Source: Octopus vulgaris (Eukaryota). Taken from it: a stretch of 64,000 bases of DNA. The translations under genes were made by a program, and so were the position numbers. Positions within the stretch are counted from its first letter, which is position 1, and each line of letters starts with the position of its first letter. The notes beneath the pieces were generated by a model. The model was not told where the DNA came from and ran no database searches. It worked only from the letters and a program-made list of their open reading frames with translations. Positions 1 to 14,184 of this stretch are shown here, piece by piece. The stretch lies in NCBI GenBank assembly GCA_951406725.2, contig OX597824.1, forward strand, positions 46,996,001 to 47,060,000, given 5' to 3'.

Positions 1-900
1 TCATTGAGAAATGATAAATGCTTTCTATGCAGATGTTTGTATAACGCCTACAGCTGACAATACTTTTTTGAATTAATTGTTTCGAAGAATGTGGTAAAGG
101 ACGTCAGCAATAGAATCTCCAACTTGTCTTCAAACAAAGAGACTTTTTTTATGTTACACGCCAGTACTATAGTGAGGCTTTGGCCGCCAGCGGTTTCAGG
201 GATAGAATTAGTTACATGCCAGACCTTAGTCCTTCCAAAAGAAAGCGTCGCCGGAAAGTGTTGTGGTTCACACCACCCTTCCATTCAAATGTTAAAACTC
301 GAGTAGGTAAGATTTTCCTTAGCTTAGTAGACAAGCACTTACCCCGTGCAAATAAGTTAACCAAAATATTTAATAGGCACACCCTGAGAATTTCCTTTAC
401 CTGTGCACCCAATGTAAGAAGCATTTTAGTAGGTATGCCCACACCTGAGACAGGATGCTCATGTAGGGGTAAAACAACATGTCCACTGAACGACAACTGT
501 AATACAAAGATCGTCGTATACGAGGCAGAGGTAACTGCGATGGGACCAAATGGGCAACCAAATGTGCGAAAGTATGTGGGAGCTCCTGAAGGCCCCTTCG
601 AAAACGCTACAACAACCACAAGTCCTCCTTTAACATCCCGGAGGTACGTAATGCCACAACCCTTGCCAACACGTACTGTCATTGAAAGAAAACACCACCG
701 AGTACAGCATAAAGTAGAAGATTCTAGAGAAATGTAAAGCGTGTTTCAATAGCAGGAGGAAGTGCAGATTACGCCTGGCTGCGAAAAGGGCGATTTCAAA
801 GAGCTCCCAGCACCCAGGCATTTACCTGAATAGCAGAAGTGATATATTTAATCCTTGCCTACATGAAAGGAAGTACAGCCTGTTATACATGCGTGCCCCA
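1..900 (+). mobile_element. Penelope-like retroelement fragment (RT C-terminus and GIY-YIG endonuclease region), degraded
   Basis: ORF 180-737: RRRKVLWFTPPF..VGKIFLSLVDKH..CSCRGKTTCPLNDNC..VVYEAEV..KYVG, the PLE linker plus GIY-YIG pattern; frameshifts present. Confidence 0.75.
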
Positions 901-1617
901 TCATTACTATAACCACCAGTCTCCGAACTTCAGCCTTCCACCAATACCTGGGAGTCGGGAAAGAGTTTGACCAGAACATACACTAACACACCCACAAACA
1001 AACACATGCCCCAGCACGGCAGACACCCACCCAATAGACGTTTTTCACCATACCCCCAATATAAGCTCCCAGACATATTGTACACCTACACATACCGCAT
1101 GTATACATAAATGCTCCAAGAATTTAACCAAAATATAGAAGAGAGAAAACACAGTAACGAACACAGACGTGCATGCACCCGCACCACCACCCGAAGCGGC
1201 TATATATATATATAGTAGTACTACACACATTCCATTTCCACAAGAATACCAACCTTAATGGGATACACATTTACCATAAACTCTTTTCCAAAAATATCTT
1301 GCCGGCTTGCAACCCCCCCCCCACAAAAAAACGATATCCGTGCTATCAAGGGACATACCTCTTAACTCAATCACCTGCTCAATTCGTTTCTTCATTGTTT
1401 TCATAGCAACCAGAAACTGGATGTCTATATTCACCTCGAACAACAGAGAACTGTTGCGATAGTTCTAAAGAGCGCAGGGTTACATAATCGGACGGTTATC
1501 TGTGCGAAATCGATTACTAAGATCGGCCGTAATGGATATATTGTACTACACCCTTCAACATAACTACACTACTGACAGGTCTACGAGTGCATTTTCCCTG
1601 ATTAGGGACTCGTAAAC

Positions 1618-1691
<74 letters not shown>

Positions 1692-1797
1692 GTATTTGTA
1701 TACGTTTAAGGCCATGTTGGTAAAAAAATTTTGTCATTATATTCTTTGAGTGAGGAAGCTTCATTTGAATCGGTGCACACTTTTTTGTCTCTTTCAG

Positions 1798-1944
1798 TAA
1801 CTAAAGTAGAATGCCACTATGACGGAAAAGTATACGTAATTGGGCAAATGTTCATAGCCATTGACAAATGCAATCAGTGCACATGCAAGCCCAGCGGAGA
1901 TGTTTTATGTTCCGAAAAGATATGTTCTCACTCAAAAACCACAG
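1798..1944 (+). CDS. Cys-domain exon 1 (VTKVECHYDGKVYVIGQMFIAIDKCNQCTCKPSGDVLCSEKICSHSKTT)
   Basis: ctttcag| ... acag|gtaatg; 147 nt; phase 1-1. Confidence 0.85.
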
Positions 1945-1986
1945 GTAATGCTAATATGTACATACATACTTACATACACACGCACG

Positions 1987-2018
<32 letters not shown>

Positions 2019-2119
2019 ATAGTGCGTTTAAGGCCATGGTGGTAAAAAAATTTTGTCATTATATTCTTTGAGTGAGGAAGCTTCATTTGAATCGGTGCAC
2101 ACTTTTTTGTCTCTTTCAG

Positions 2120-2266
2120 TAACTAAAGTAGAATGCCACTATGACGGAAAAGTATACGTAATTGGGCAAATGTTCATAGCCATTGACAAATGCAATCAGT
2201 GCACATGCAAGCCCAGCGGAGATGTTTTATGTTCCGAAAAGATATGTTCTCACTCAAAAACCACAG
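2120..2266 (+). CDS. Cys-domain exon 2 (identical to exon 1)
   Basis: ctttcag| ... acag|gtaatg; 147 nt. Confidence 0.8.
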
Positions 2267-2299
2267 GTAATGCTAATATGTACATACATACTTACATAC

Positions 2300-2342
<43 letters not shown>

Positions 2343-2442
2343 ATAGTGCGTTTAAGGCCATGGTGGTAAAAAAATTTTGTCATTATATTCTTTGAGTGAG
2401 GAAGCTTCATTTGAATCGGTGCACACTTTTTTTCTCTTTCAG

Positions 2443-2589
2443 TAACTAAAGTAGAATGCCACTATGACGGAAAAGTATACGTAATTGGGCAAACGTTCAT
2501 AGCCATTGACAAATGCAATCAGTGCACTTGCAAGCCCAGCGGAGATGTTTTATGTTCCGAAAAGATATGTTCTCCCTCAAAAACCACAG
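2443..2589 (+). CDS. Cys-domain exon 3 (M>T and H>P relative to exon 1)
   Basis: ctttcag| ... acag|gtaatg; 147 nt. Confidence 0.85.
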
Positions 2590-2627
2590 GTAATGCTAAT
2601 ATGTACATACATACTTACATACACACG

Positions 2628-2671
<44 letters not shown>

Positions 2672-4135
2672 ATAGTATAATAAAATAAGAGATGGAATGT
2701 GTAATAGACTTTATTGGGTACAACACGTGTTTCGACCCGTTCTGGGTCCCTTCGGGTACATAAATAAAAAGTCTCCCTAGAGAATTTTTGAGTCGGCTTA
2801 TATATACATACATACATATATATATAAATATATAAATATATATATATTAATAAATATATATATATATATATATACATACATACATACATACATACATACA
2901 TACATACATACATACATACATACACATATATACATATAGATAGATAGATAGATAGATATATATATACTCTTACATCATATTACATTTATTTCTTATATCA
3001 CATCATATATTATATTATATTATTATACTATATCATATTATATTAGAAAGAGAGACATGTCGCATTTCAAGATGGGTAACAAGCAAATGCCATTTTGGTC
3101 AATCTGTTTTACAAATTGGTAAGCCATTGGTTATTAAATTCTTCAGGTTTCGAAGCAAGGAAACACTGAATATCATTTTTAACCTCTTCTCATCAATAAT
3201 CTGTTTTCTTTCTAAATAATGTGGTATTGATGTAAAAAGATGACACTGAAATTAATCTTTCCCTGCGTGACTTGGTCAATATCAGTATATGGTATTGCAT
3301 TATCTTGTGAGAGCAACAATCCTTCATAATTGTCCAATGATAGATGCTTTCTCTGTAGATCTTTGTATACCGTTTCCAGTTGACAATATTTTTCTTTATT
3401 AACTCTTTCGTTTGGCTTAACACTTCATTATAGCCGATACCCTTCAAATACTTCATATCCAAACAAACACAGAGCGTCAATCTTTCGGTCGTAGTCCCGG
3501 TTTGTGGATGGACTCTCCTTGTTCATTGGTTGCTAACACCTGTCGTTTTCGTTATATTTGAATATAAAAAACCCACTCCTCATCAGTTGTGATTTTTATC
3601 CAGGAACGGTTCGATAGCAAATCTCCAGTTCAAAGAACAGAGAGTAAATGAAAAGCAGATGAATGAAGGGGGCCCCACTTACCAATTCTCATGAAGTTTG
3701 CTCTGGCTTTTTCCCAACCAGTTTTCAGGATCTCAATATTGACAGAACATGGCCTTCTACATCGAGGGGAAATTTTCCAAGCAAAAGTCGCTAAAATATT
3801 GTCGCACGTCAGGATACTTTCAGCTTCATTTCCATAAATAGAACAAATATTTCCTTAAAGGAATTGTCCGGATCGGATTTCTAGTAGAAAATACTTGTCT
3901 ACTGTGCGATGCATTGAGACTGAACCAGAAACTGCGCGTTTCGTTCCATAACGGCTACCTCTGAAGAGCAAAATGTTACGTAATCGGAGTGTTACCTAAC
4001 GTTTCGTTGAACCACTAGTGCGAATCTGATTGGTAAGATCGGCCTTAGTTGATATATAATACCATACAATACGGCATAATCACAATACTGACAGATATAC
4101 GAGTGCATTTTCCTTGATTATGGACTTTTAGACGG

Positions 4136-4170
<35 letters not shown>

Positions 4171-4274
4171 TGTGCATTTGTATATATTTAAGGCTACGGT
4201 GATAAAAAATTTGTCCTATTCTTTGAGTGAGGAAGCTTCATTTTCATCTTGAATTCGTACACACCTTTTTTCGG

Positions 4275-4290
4275 TAACTAAAATAGAACG
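4275..4290 (+). pseudogene. Pseudo-exon remnant of the array, truncated by a mariner element
   Basis: Upstream 3975-4274 resembles 1480-1797; acceptor reads ttcgg instead of ttcag; taactaaaatagaa is followed by transposase sequence. Confidence 0.7.
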
Positions 4291-5062
4291 TCTCGTTTAC
4301 CACTGTTGGAAACAGTCCTGAAACTCTCGCAAAGTGACGCCTCTTAAAGCTTCCGTACATTTTTTTCTTCACCTCTTCCACTTCTGCAAATTCCGTAGCA
4401 CCAGCCTTCATCACCGGTGATAACCTTCGAAAAAGTTCCGGATCAATTTTTAATTGTTCTTTCAGTTCACGACACGCATTCAGTCGTTATTGCTTTTGAT
4501 CTTCCGTGAGCAAGTGAGACACAAATTTTGCTGCAGCTCTTCTCATTCGCAATAATTTGCTCAAAATTCGTTAACAGAAACTCCATGACACACCAGTCAC
4601 ATCAACAAGTTCGTCAACTATTCGTCGACAGTCCTCCAAGATCAGTTCATGAATTTTCATGATATTTTCTTTCGTTTGGGAGGTCGGCGGTCTCCCTGAA
4701 CGGGTTGGTCTTCAAGCGACAAGTGACCATTCCTGAAGCGTGAAAGCTACTCATAAACTTATTTTTTGCTCATGACAGTGTCCTTATGTCTGAAACATGA
4801 CAACTGTTTCGGCTGCCGTTTTCCCCAGCAGTAAACAGAATTTCACGGAAGGACGCTGTTTCTTCATTTCAGTCATCGCAAAAATCGACGAACAGGGGAC
4901 AAACACTTCAAATCAAAGATGCACCATGTATGACCACAGCAGAGAACGTTGGTCGGTCGGCATATGCCTGAGGGTCGCATCAAGTGACTTATCACTGTGG
5001 AAGCCTGAACTACAACGTTTGTCCCACAGATAAAGTTTCCGGTTACTTTTGGGTACCTCCTC

Positions 5063-5066
<4 letters not shown>
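4290..5066 (-). mobile_element. Mariner-type DNA transposon, 5' half, degraded
   Basis: Minus strand MTEMKKQRPSVKFCLLLGKTAAETVVM (from ~4876) and VITGDEGWCYG (~4393-4424); TIR-like tatgaggaggtacccaaaagtaaccggaa at ~5037-5065. Confidence 0.8.
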
Positions 5067-5156
<90 letters not shown>

Positions 5157-5169
5157 ATGTGTGTATGAG

Positions 5170-5630
5170 AGAGATCATCATCATTCAACATCGAACCCAT
5201 GCTGGCATGAGTTGGACGGTTTGACAGGAGCTGGCCAGCTAGACGACTACACAGGGCTGCTGCGTCTGTTTGGCATGGTTTTTACGGCTGGATGCCCTTC
5301 CTAATACCAACCACCCCACAGAGTGGACTAAGTGTTTTTTACATGGCACCAGCACAGGCGAGGTTAGTTTTGGCATCGTTTTTATAGCTGGATGCCCTTC
5401 CAAATGCCAATCACTTCACAATGTGGACTGAATGCTTTTTACGTGGCGCCAGTGCCTGCCGGATCAGCAAGTAACTTACAAGGCAAGGAACTTTGAAAGG
5501 GTGGGGGCATTAGAGGAGGTGATTTTGTATTAGATGATGAAAGATTAGAGTGTAACAGAGGAACAGAGAGGGAGAAGCAGATGTCTTGCTATTGGGGAGG
5601 TATATGGTTACCCGCCAAGAGAGAGACAGT
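5170..5630 (-). mobile_element. Interspersed repeat, probably a non-LTR retroelement 3' end
   Basis: (CAT)n tail and internally repeated ggctggatgcccttcc block. Confidence 0.4.
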
Positions 5631-5782
5631 TTCCGGTTAGTTTGGGGTACCTTGTGTATATAAATCTATATCTGTATATATATATATATATAGTGTGTCT
5701 CTTCTTTTGGATGCTCGTAGGCACGCCGGACTGAGTTAAGAATATTTTTAACTTACATCTAAATCTCGATCATGGGTGTGTG

Positions 5783-5831
<49 letters not shown>

Positions 5832-5842
<11 letters not shown>

Positions 5843-6230
5843 CAACTTGTGTGTCTGTGTGTGTATCTGTGTGTGTGTCTGTGTGTTTAACTTCCCGGCA
5901 CATCTCCTCCTAGCCAACAAATCGTAGAACCATCAAAAATGGGTCACTTAAAGTTTAGGCGAATGAAAATTGAACTGCGCTATTTCTGTTCCGAAATTCA
6001 TCTTGCAAGTGCAAAAATCGATAATGTGTTTGTTTAGGCCTTATCCCAAGCATTGAATAGTGAACTTTACTCAGTCAGCTGTTTGACTTGAACTGTGTTC
6101 ACTACGCGTGCAAGCATGCGTAAATTGCATGAAAAATAAAAAATCAATATATAAAAACGAATCACCGTAAACATTGTAGAAATTCGCCAAAGAAATGAAT
6201 TTTCGGGATGTAGCCTGGAGGGTTTTTTCG

Positions 6231-6300
<70 letters not shown>

Positions 6301-6365
6301 CATCATATATATATATGTGTGTATATAATATATAAATATATATATATATATATAATATACATATA

Positions 6366-6429
<64 letters not shown>

Positions 6430-6664
6430 AGTATAATAGAAGAAGGCTAACTCTTCCTTCCGTAGAAGAAAAAATTCAAATTGGACCATATTAACACCAA
6501 AAATTATTTACATCAAAAAGGTGCCTTTTTTCTATGAAAATCCCTATTTTTACGATGTTTTGACTGCTGTGTCGCCATTTTCTGTGTATTTCACTACATA
6601 CTGCCAAATTTTTACTTTTCAAAAATTCCAATTCTAAAACCGCAACGCCGGGCGATACTGCTAG
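5832..6664 (+). mobile_element. Non-autonomous Helitron
   Basis: 3' end gcaacgccgggcgatactgCTAG|t matches the termini at 9887 and 11677 in reverse; 5' boundary uncertain. Confidence 0.6.
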
Positions 6665-6683
6665 TATATATATATATATATAA

Positions 6684-6910
6684 AGGCGGCGAGATGGCAG
6701 AAACGTTAGCGCGCCGGGAAAAATGCTTAGCGGTATTTCGCCTGTCGTTACGTTGTGAGTTCAAATTCCGCCGAGGTCGACTTTGCCTTTCATCCTTTCG
6801 GGGTCGATAAATAAAGTACCAATTTCGCACTAGGGTCGATGTAATCGACTTAATCCCTTTGTCTGTCCTTGTTTGTCCCCTCTACGTTTAGCCCCTTGTG
6901 GGTAGTAAAG

Positions 6911-6915
<5 letters not shown>
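6684..6915 (+). mobile_element. SINE, family A
   Basis: ggcggcgagatggcagaaacgttagc..gagttcaaattcc (B-box-like)..ttcatcctttcggggtcgataaat; many copies in window. Confidence 0.85.
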
Positions 6916-6995
<80 letters not shown>

Positions 6996-7150
6996 GTGAA
7001 ATAGAAAGATGAATAATCTTGTAGCAGATTAATCAAAAGTTTAACCGATACCTTGGTAGCAAAAATCACACCAGAAGACAGCACGGTTGGAGGTACAACC
7101 ATATGGTGTTGCAACCGTGCGTTGGTGCGGATAATTGAAATTCACCAATA

Positions 7151-7189
<39 letters not shown>

Positions 7190-7349
7190 CAGGTTCTTGT
7201 TTTCAGATGTGTATGTGTGCGTGTCTATGTGTATTCGTGTATTTTTATATATGTAAGGCTGAGCTCATCAACTTTTTGTTGTAATATTTTTTTTCAGTTG
7301 GGAAGTTTCAGTTTCATCTTCAATTCGTACACAACTCTTTTATTTTCAG

Positions 7350-7496
7350 TAACTAAATTAGAATGCCGGTACTACGGAAAATTATACTTAATTGGTCAAA
7401 CGTTCGTAGCCGTAGATAAATGCAATCGGTGCACTTGCAAGTCCACTGGAGTTGTTGTCTGCAGCGAGAAGATATGTCCTCTCCCAAAGACTACAG
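7350..7496 (+). CDS. Cys-domain exon 4 (VTKLECRYYGKLYLIGQTFVAVDKCNRCTCKSTGVVVCSEKICPLPKTT)
   Basis: ttttcag| ... acag|gtaata; 147 nt. Confidence 0.85.
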
Positions 7497-7758
7497 GTAA
7501 TATTGAAAGACGCATTTCAAATTTCTTTGATCATTGGGTATGCTCTTATCCCGACATCTACCACTATTTTATTTTGGTTAAATGTCAATATGTCAATCAC
7601 TAGTTCTGTTTCATTTAGTTTGCTCGCTGCTAAAGACCGAAAAGTGGGAACTGAAACGCATCTATAGTTATTATTTTTTTGTGTGGCAACTACTTGTATA
7701 GATCTATCCGTACCGGTTGGCCGTTGATTTTGGAATATGCCGTGGGACGTGAGTACGT

Positions 7759-7908
7759 GTGTGAGAGTGTAGGTGTGTGAGAGTGTAGGTGTGTGAGAGT
7801 GTAGGTGTGTGAGAGTGTAGGTGTGTGAGAGTGTAGGTGTGTGAGAGTGTAGGTGTGTGAGAGTGTAGGTGTGTGAGAGTGTAGGTGTGTGAGAGTGTAG
7901 GTGTGTGA
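7759..7908. repeat. 16-bp minisatellite (gtgtgagagtgtaggt), about 9 copies
   Basis: Direct reading of the sequence. Confidence 0.9.
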
Positions 7909-8007
7909 GCGTGTGTATGTGAATGTGTGTGGTGTATGTGTTTGTTACTCTGTGTATTTGTGTATGTTTGTCAGTCGGTGTATGTTTGTGAGTGTGTGAG
8001 TGCGTGC

Positions 8008-9072
<1,065 letters not shown>

Positions 9073-9145
9073 TCAGATATTTCTTAATATGAAATCAATG
9101 GTAGTCTTAATACACAAATAAAGTATACATATTTGTGCATGCGTG

Positions 9146-9240
<95 letters not shown>

Positions 9241-9338
9241 CTGTATGTGTAAAAATGAGCTGACCAAAATATTTGTTGTTATATTCTTTGAATGAGGAAA
9301 TTGCATTTTCATCTTGAATACATTATCTTTTCTTTCAG

Positions 9339-9485
9339 TAACAAAAGTAGAATGTCACTACAATGGAAAAGTATTCGTAATTGGGCAAAATTTCATATCT
9401 ATTGATAAATGTAATCAGTGCACTTGCAAGCCCAGTGGAGATGTTCAATGCACAGAAAAGAAATGTTCTACCCCAAAAACTACAG
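9339..9485 (+). CDS. Cys-domain exon 5 (VTKVECHYNGKVFVIGQNFISIDKCNQCTCKPSGDVQCTEKKCSTPKTT)
   Basis: ctttcag| ... acag|gtaata; 147 nt. Confidence 0.85.
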
Positions 9486-9492
9486 GTAATAC

Positions 9493-9543
<51 letters not shown>

Positions 9544-9546
<3 letters not shown>

Positions 9547-9650
9547 ACATCACAATCAAGGAACGGCCATAATAGGCCATTCACCCACTAGAAATAACAT
9601 TTCTAGTGGGTGAATGGCCTATTATGGCCGTTCCTTGATTGTGATGTTGA
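9544..9650. repeat. Perfect inverted repeat, 52-bp arms, 3-nt loop
   Basis: tcaacatcac...ctagaaat AAC atttctag...gtgatgttga. Confidence 0.95.
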
Positions 9651-9742
9651 ACTTAAAAATGGTTTATGACTATTTAATTTTTTCCCACTAGGCCGCTGGT
9701 GGCAATAAGATTCTACAAAATTTTTTTGCCACCCTATATTGA

Positions 9743-9813
<71 letters not shown>

Positions 9814-9886
9814 ATATCATAATTATATATTGTATTACATTAACTTAAATTGTATTGTATTATATTATGTTATATTTTATTATATA

Positions 9887-11658
9887 CTAGCAGAATTGCC
9901 CGGCGTTGCTCGGGGCTGAATTGCTTGAAAGTACTGTTAATGATTGCACTGAATTATGATGATTATTCAGGCAAATATTGATATAAGTTTACGGTGGGAG
10001 ATAAGGACTTAACGATCAAACGTGTGCCATTGCATTGTTTTGGGGGAACCAAATTTCTGATGAGCATTATAGGGGCACCAACTTTAAGTTTGAGAAAGTG
10101 TGGTGGTAGTCCGGGGTGCTCAAAGGAATTGAGTACCTCTATTGGATAGTTGATGACGTCCTCTGGGTCAGGAGTTGTATTGATAGACTGATATACATAG
10201 ACTTCCCCAGGAATGAGTTTTAGCATTTCATCATTAATATGGTGAACAGTTTTATTCCTCGGGGCCAGTATAGCCTTTTTGCCAATCCAATCCATATTCT
10301 GATAATTAGCTTGTAGATCTGGGAACACTGCATCTCTGAGATCAGAAGGCGTCTTAACAATGGTACAAATGGAATCGATGGCAATATTACCATTTTCAGC
10401 CCCTGGTATTTTGCCTTCGCCAAGTGCAAGGAGGGTGTGAGGAAATGCTGCTGATGTGATAGTACGTCGCATATGAGCACGCATATTGGTGTGAAGTTTG
10501 AGAGTTACTTCCCTTTATTTAAAAAATATGCATTAAAATGGAAAAAAATGATACCCGGTTTTGGTTAAACTGCATCGCAAAATGTGGGAGTAGTTAGGAA
10601 TCTAAATCGGAGTAGACAGACACACAACCTTTCTTTTATATATAAATATTTTCGTCCAAAAAAACTTTGTATGGATTGAATCGTTACCTCTATGGAAATA
10701 TATACACGCACATTATACATACATGTGTGTATAGATGAATATATAAATACATTTAAATATCTATATACACTTTTGGGCGATCTTTCTGTTTCTTAGAGAT
10801 AACTTTAGAACTTATTTTCGTCCTAAAAAACTTTGTATGGAGTGAATGGTTACCTCTATGGAAATATATACACACACGTTATACATACATGTGTGCATAG
10901 ATGAATATATAAATACATTTATATATCTATATACACTTTTGGTCTATCTTTGTGCTACTTAGAGATAACTTTAGATCTTATTTTCGTCCTAAAAAACTTT
11001 GTGCGGAGTGAATGGTTACGTGTATGGAAATATATACACACACATTATACATACATCTGTGTATAGATGAATATATAAATACATTTAAATATCCAGATAC
11101 ACTTTTGGGCGATCTTTCTGTTACTTGGATATACGTTAGGTCTTATATTCGTCCTAAAAAACTTTCCTGTCACACACTCACGCACACGCACACACACACG
11201 CACCCTCACACACACACACGCACCCTCACACACACATGCACACACACACACACACTCACACACACGCACACACACACACACACACACACACGTTAGCTTA
11301 CAATTTTATTTATATATTTGCGCGTCTATGTGTGTAAAGAGGAAGTGGGAATGCAGAGTGAAAGAGTCACTCACTACAAAAAGTGAATTAGTTTCACTTT
11401 AATCGTTGCACACTGTGTGTGTGCGTGTGCGTGTGCTGTAGCCCACACTAAGAAAAGCATTTGCCTTATACACCACAATGTGAGTTTTCTCTAAATTTTG
11501 CTTAATTGGGGTTGAAATTTTAAAAACTGAACCTGGCACGACCCGATGCATTCTACTCTTAAAAATGCTAGGTAAATTGTAATTGAAGAAATCCTATATT
11601 GTAGATTTCTATAAGAGACAAAGGGAGGCAGATAAAATCTGCCTTTTATAATAAGAGA
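9887..11658 (-). mobile_element. Helitron (compound) carrying a PIF1-like helicase fragment
   Basis: ORF 9963-10484 with AILAPRN, LKLKVGAPIMLIRNL, CNGTRL (PIF1 motifs); 3' hairpin plus CTAG at 9887; 5' TC at 11658. Confidence 0.8.
10650..11165. repeat. ~166-bp tandem repeat, about 3 copies, inside the Helitron
   Basis: ttcgtcc[at]aaaaaacttt recurs near 10650, 10815, 10981 and 11147. Confidence 0.85.
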
Positions 11659-11676
11659 TTATATTATTATATTATA

Positions 11677-13240
11677 CTAGCAGTATCGCCCGGCGTTGCT
11701 CGGGTTGTAAGGGAAATAAATATATAAGCATTTTTAGAGAGTTATAGCCAAAAAATAGCAAAAAAATGCATTAAAAATTGAAAAAAAATTAAGGTAAATT
11801 TTTTTTTAAATCGTTGACACATCGTAGATATTTTTAGAGAGTTACTTCCCTTATATAAAAGCGAAAAAAATGCATTAAAATGGAAAAATATGATGGTAAA
11901 TTTTTTTAAAATCGTAGACTCATCGTAGACGCACGCTAATACCCAGAAGGGCTCGATATGAATCACGACTATAAGATACCCGCTTTTGGTTAAACTGCAC
12001 CGCAAAATGTGGGAGTAGTTAGGAATCTAAATCGTAGGAGACAGACACACAACTTCACTCTTATATAAAGATGCTTTTTTTTTTCAGTCATAGAGTTAGA
12101 TTTATGAAGGTCTTCAGTAGAAAATCCTTCGAATTCTGACTCGCTGCTTGATATAATGAAATTCGTATCCATTTTTTGTCAGAATTACAAATTTTGAAAA
12201 CACAATAGGAACAAATTTCGGAAAAAAATCTCCCATAATTCACGGAATTAAAATTACACTTCGATTTTTGTACAAAACTGTAGTTGAAGTGTTTACGAAG
12301 TATAATACGTGTTTTCACGAATGTACTAAAGAGATTTGCTCTGATATTCTCATTTAAATATGAATAGGTAAATTCGGGCGGCTTGGTAACTATATATAAG
12401 TGTCGTCTGTTTATACATAAACACTGTTTCATACTGCAATTATATATACATATATCTATATATAATATTATATAATAAAATATATACAGAGTAAAATAAA
12501 AACCAATTTACCTTTTCTGTCCGTCCGTGTGTCTTTGCAAATGTGTTGGAATGATAAGTGAGTTGAGTTTTCGCGCCTTTTTTACTAATAACAAACACAC
12601 ACGTGTTTGTATGTAGTTGTATGTGTATGTAGTTGTATGTAGTTGTATATGTATGTGTATGCGTGTGTGTGAGGAATGACACACACACACTCACGCACGC
12701 ACACATGTACATCAATGCTTTCGGAGTGATATGTTAAAATATTGAGTTTTCTCGAATTTTGTCTTAATTGGTGGTAAAATTGAAAGAAATTTTTTATGGC
12801 ATCACCCACTGAAGTACTCTGAAAAATCTTAGGTAAATTCTAATTGAAGAAATTGTGTGAGGATAAATTGTTATGTATTTATTTGTTTCTGTTTGCTGTG
12901 TTTTTTTATTTTTTGAGTAGTGGTTTAAACACTTTCAGTTTAGTCTTCCTCAAATCACTCTGTCGCTATTTACTTTCATTTTATTCGTTGCACACTGTGT
13001 GTGTGCGTTTGCGTGTGGTGTAAACCAGACTAAGAAAAGCATTTGACACACACACCAGAATGTGAGTTTTCTGTAAATTTTGCCTAATTGGAGTTTAAAT
13101 TTTAAAAACTGGACCTGGCATGACGCGATGCATTGTACTGTTAAAAATGCTAGGTAAATTGTAATTGAAGAAATCCTATATTGTAGATTTGTATAACTCC
13201 CAAAGGGAGGCAGATAAAATCAGCCTTTTATAATAAGAGA
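11677..13240 (-). mobile_element. Non-autonomous Helitron (compound)
   Basis: CTAG plus hairpin at 11677; TC-type 5' ends at 12071 and 13240; 12980-13240 resembles 11400-11658. Confidence 0.7.
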
Positions 13241-13800
13241 TTACATTAGAAATAAAGACCTGTCCCATTTCAAGATGGGTAAGAAGCAAATGCATTTTAG
13301 TGAAAATCAATATATTTAACCACGATAATATTTCTCCTCATTATTGAAAACGTAATCCCATCCATTTGACAAATTGGTAAGACCTCGGGCATAACATTCT
13401 TCAGGTTTCGAAGCAAAGAAAAACTGAATATCATTTTCAACCTCTTCTTAATTTAGAAATTGATTTCCCACTAAATGAGGTTGCTGTGGTGTGAAAAGAT
13501 GACAGTCAAATGGGGCAAGATTAGTAGAGACAGGAGGAAGAGACAAAACTTCCATTTTTGGGACCATAATCTTTTCCTGAAAGAGCAACAATCCTTTATG
13601 ATTGACCAATCATGGATTCCTTCTAAGCATATTTTTGTGTAAAGCCTCCAGTTGACAATACTTTTCTGCATTACCGCTTTCGTAGGACGGGACCACATCT
13701 ACGTGTTTGCAAAGGAAATTCCTTAATCAAACAGCCGCGCCTAATTGGAAAGATTGTAGTCCATGCCTTTTCTTACTAAACACGCTCTCCAAGTATAACA

Positions 13801-13856
<56 letters not shown>

Positions 13857-14002
13857 GTATATGTATGTATGTATGTATTTTTACATGTGTGAGTGTGTGT
13901 GTGTTTAAGTCTTCTAAGAGTCCATAAGTCAGGAAAAAATGCACTTGTATATCTGTCACTTATAATAATGATATATGGGTATATAACACTTCGGAGAATA
14001 TA

Positions 14003-14062
<60 letters not shown>

Positions 14063-14184
14063 AGCCTCTTCATCAGATGTGTATGTCTATGTGTATTTGT
14101 GTCTTTGAGTATGTGTAAGGCCAAGCTAATCAATATGTTTGCTGTTCTATTCTTTGAATTCCTACCCACCTTTTTTAATTTCAG

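Larger units (their letters stand above)
1700..2672 (+). repeat. Three near-identical ~322-bp exon+intron tandem units
   Basis: Exon starts at 1798, 2120, 2443; a (CA)n tract in each unit. Confidence 0.9.

Noticed and set aside
3040-3500. Possible conserved coding region on the minus strand, repeated at 13245-13690
   Set aside because: Both copies have stops or frameshifts; this is better explained as an old repeat remnant carried in the duplicated intron unit.
9963-10484. Host PIF1 helicase gene
   Set aside because: It is a fragment enclosed by Helitron termini.
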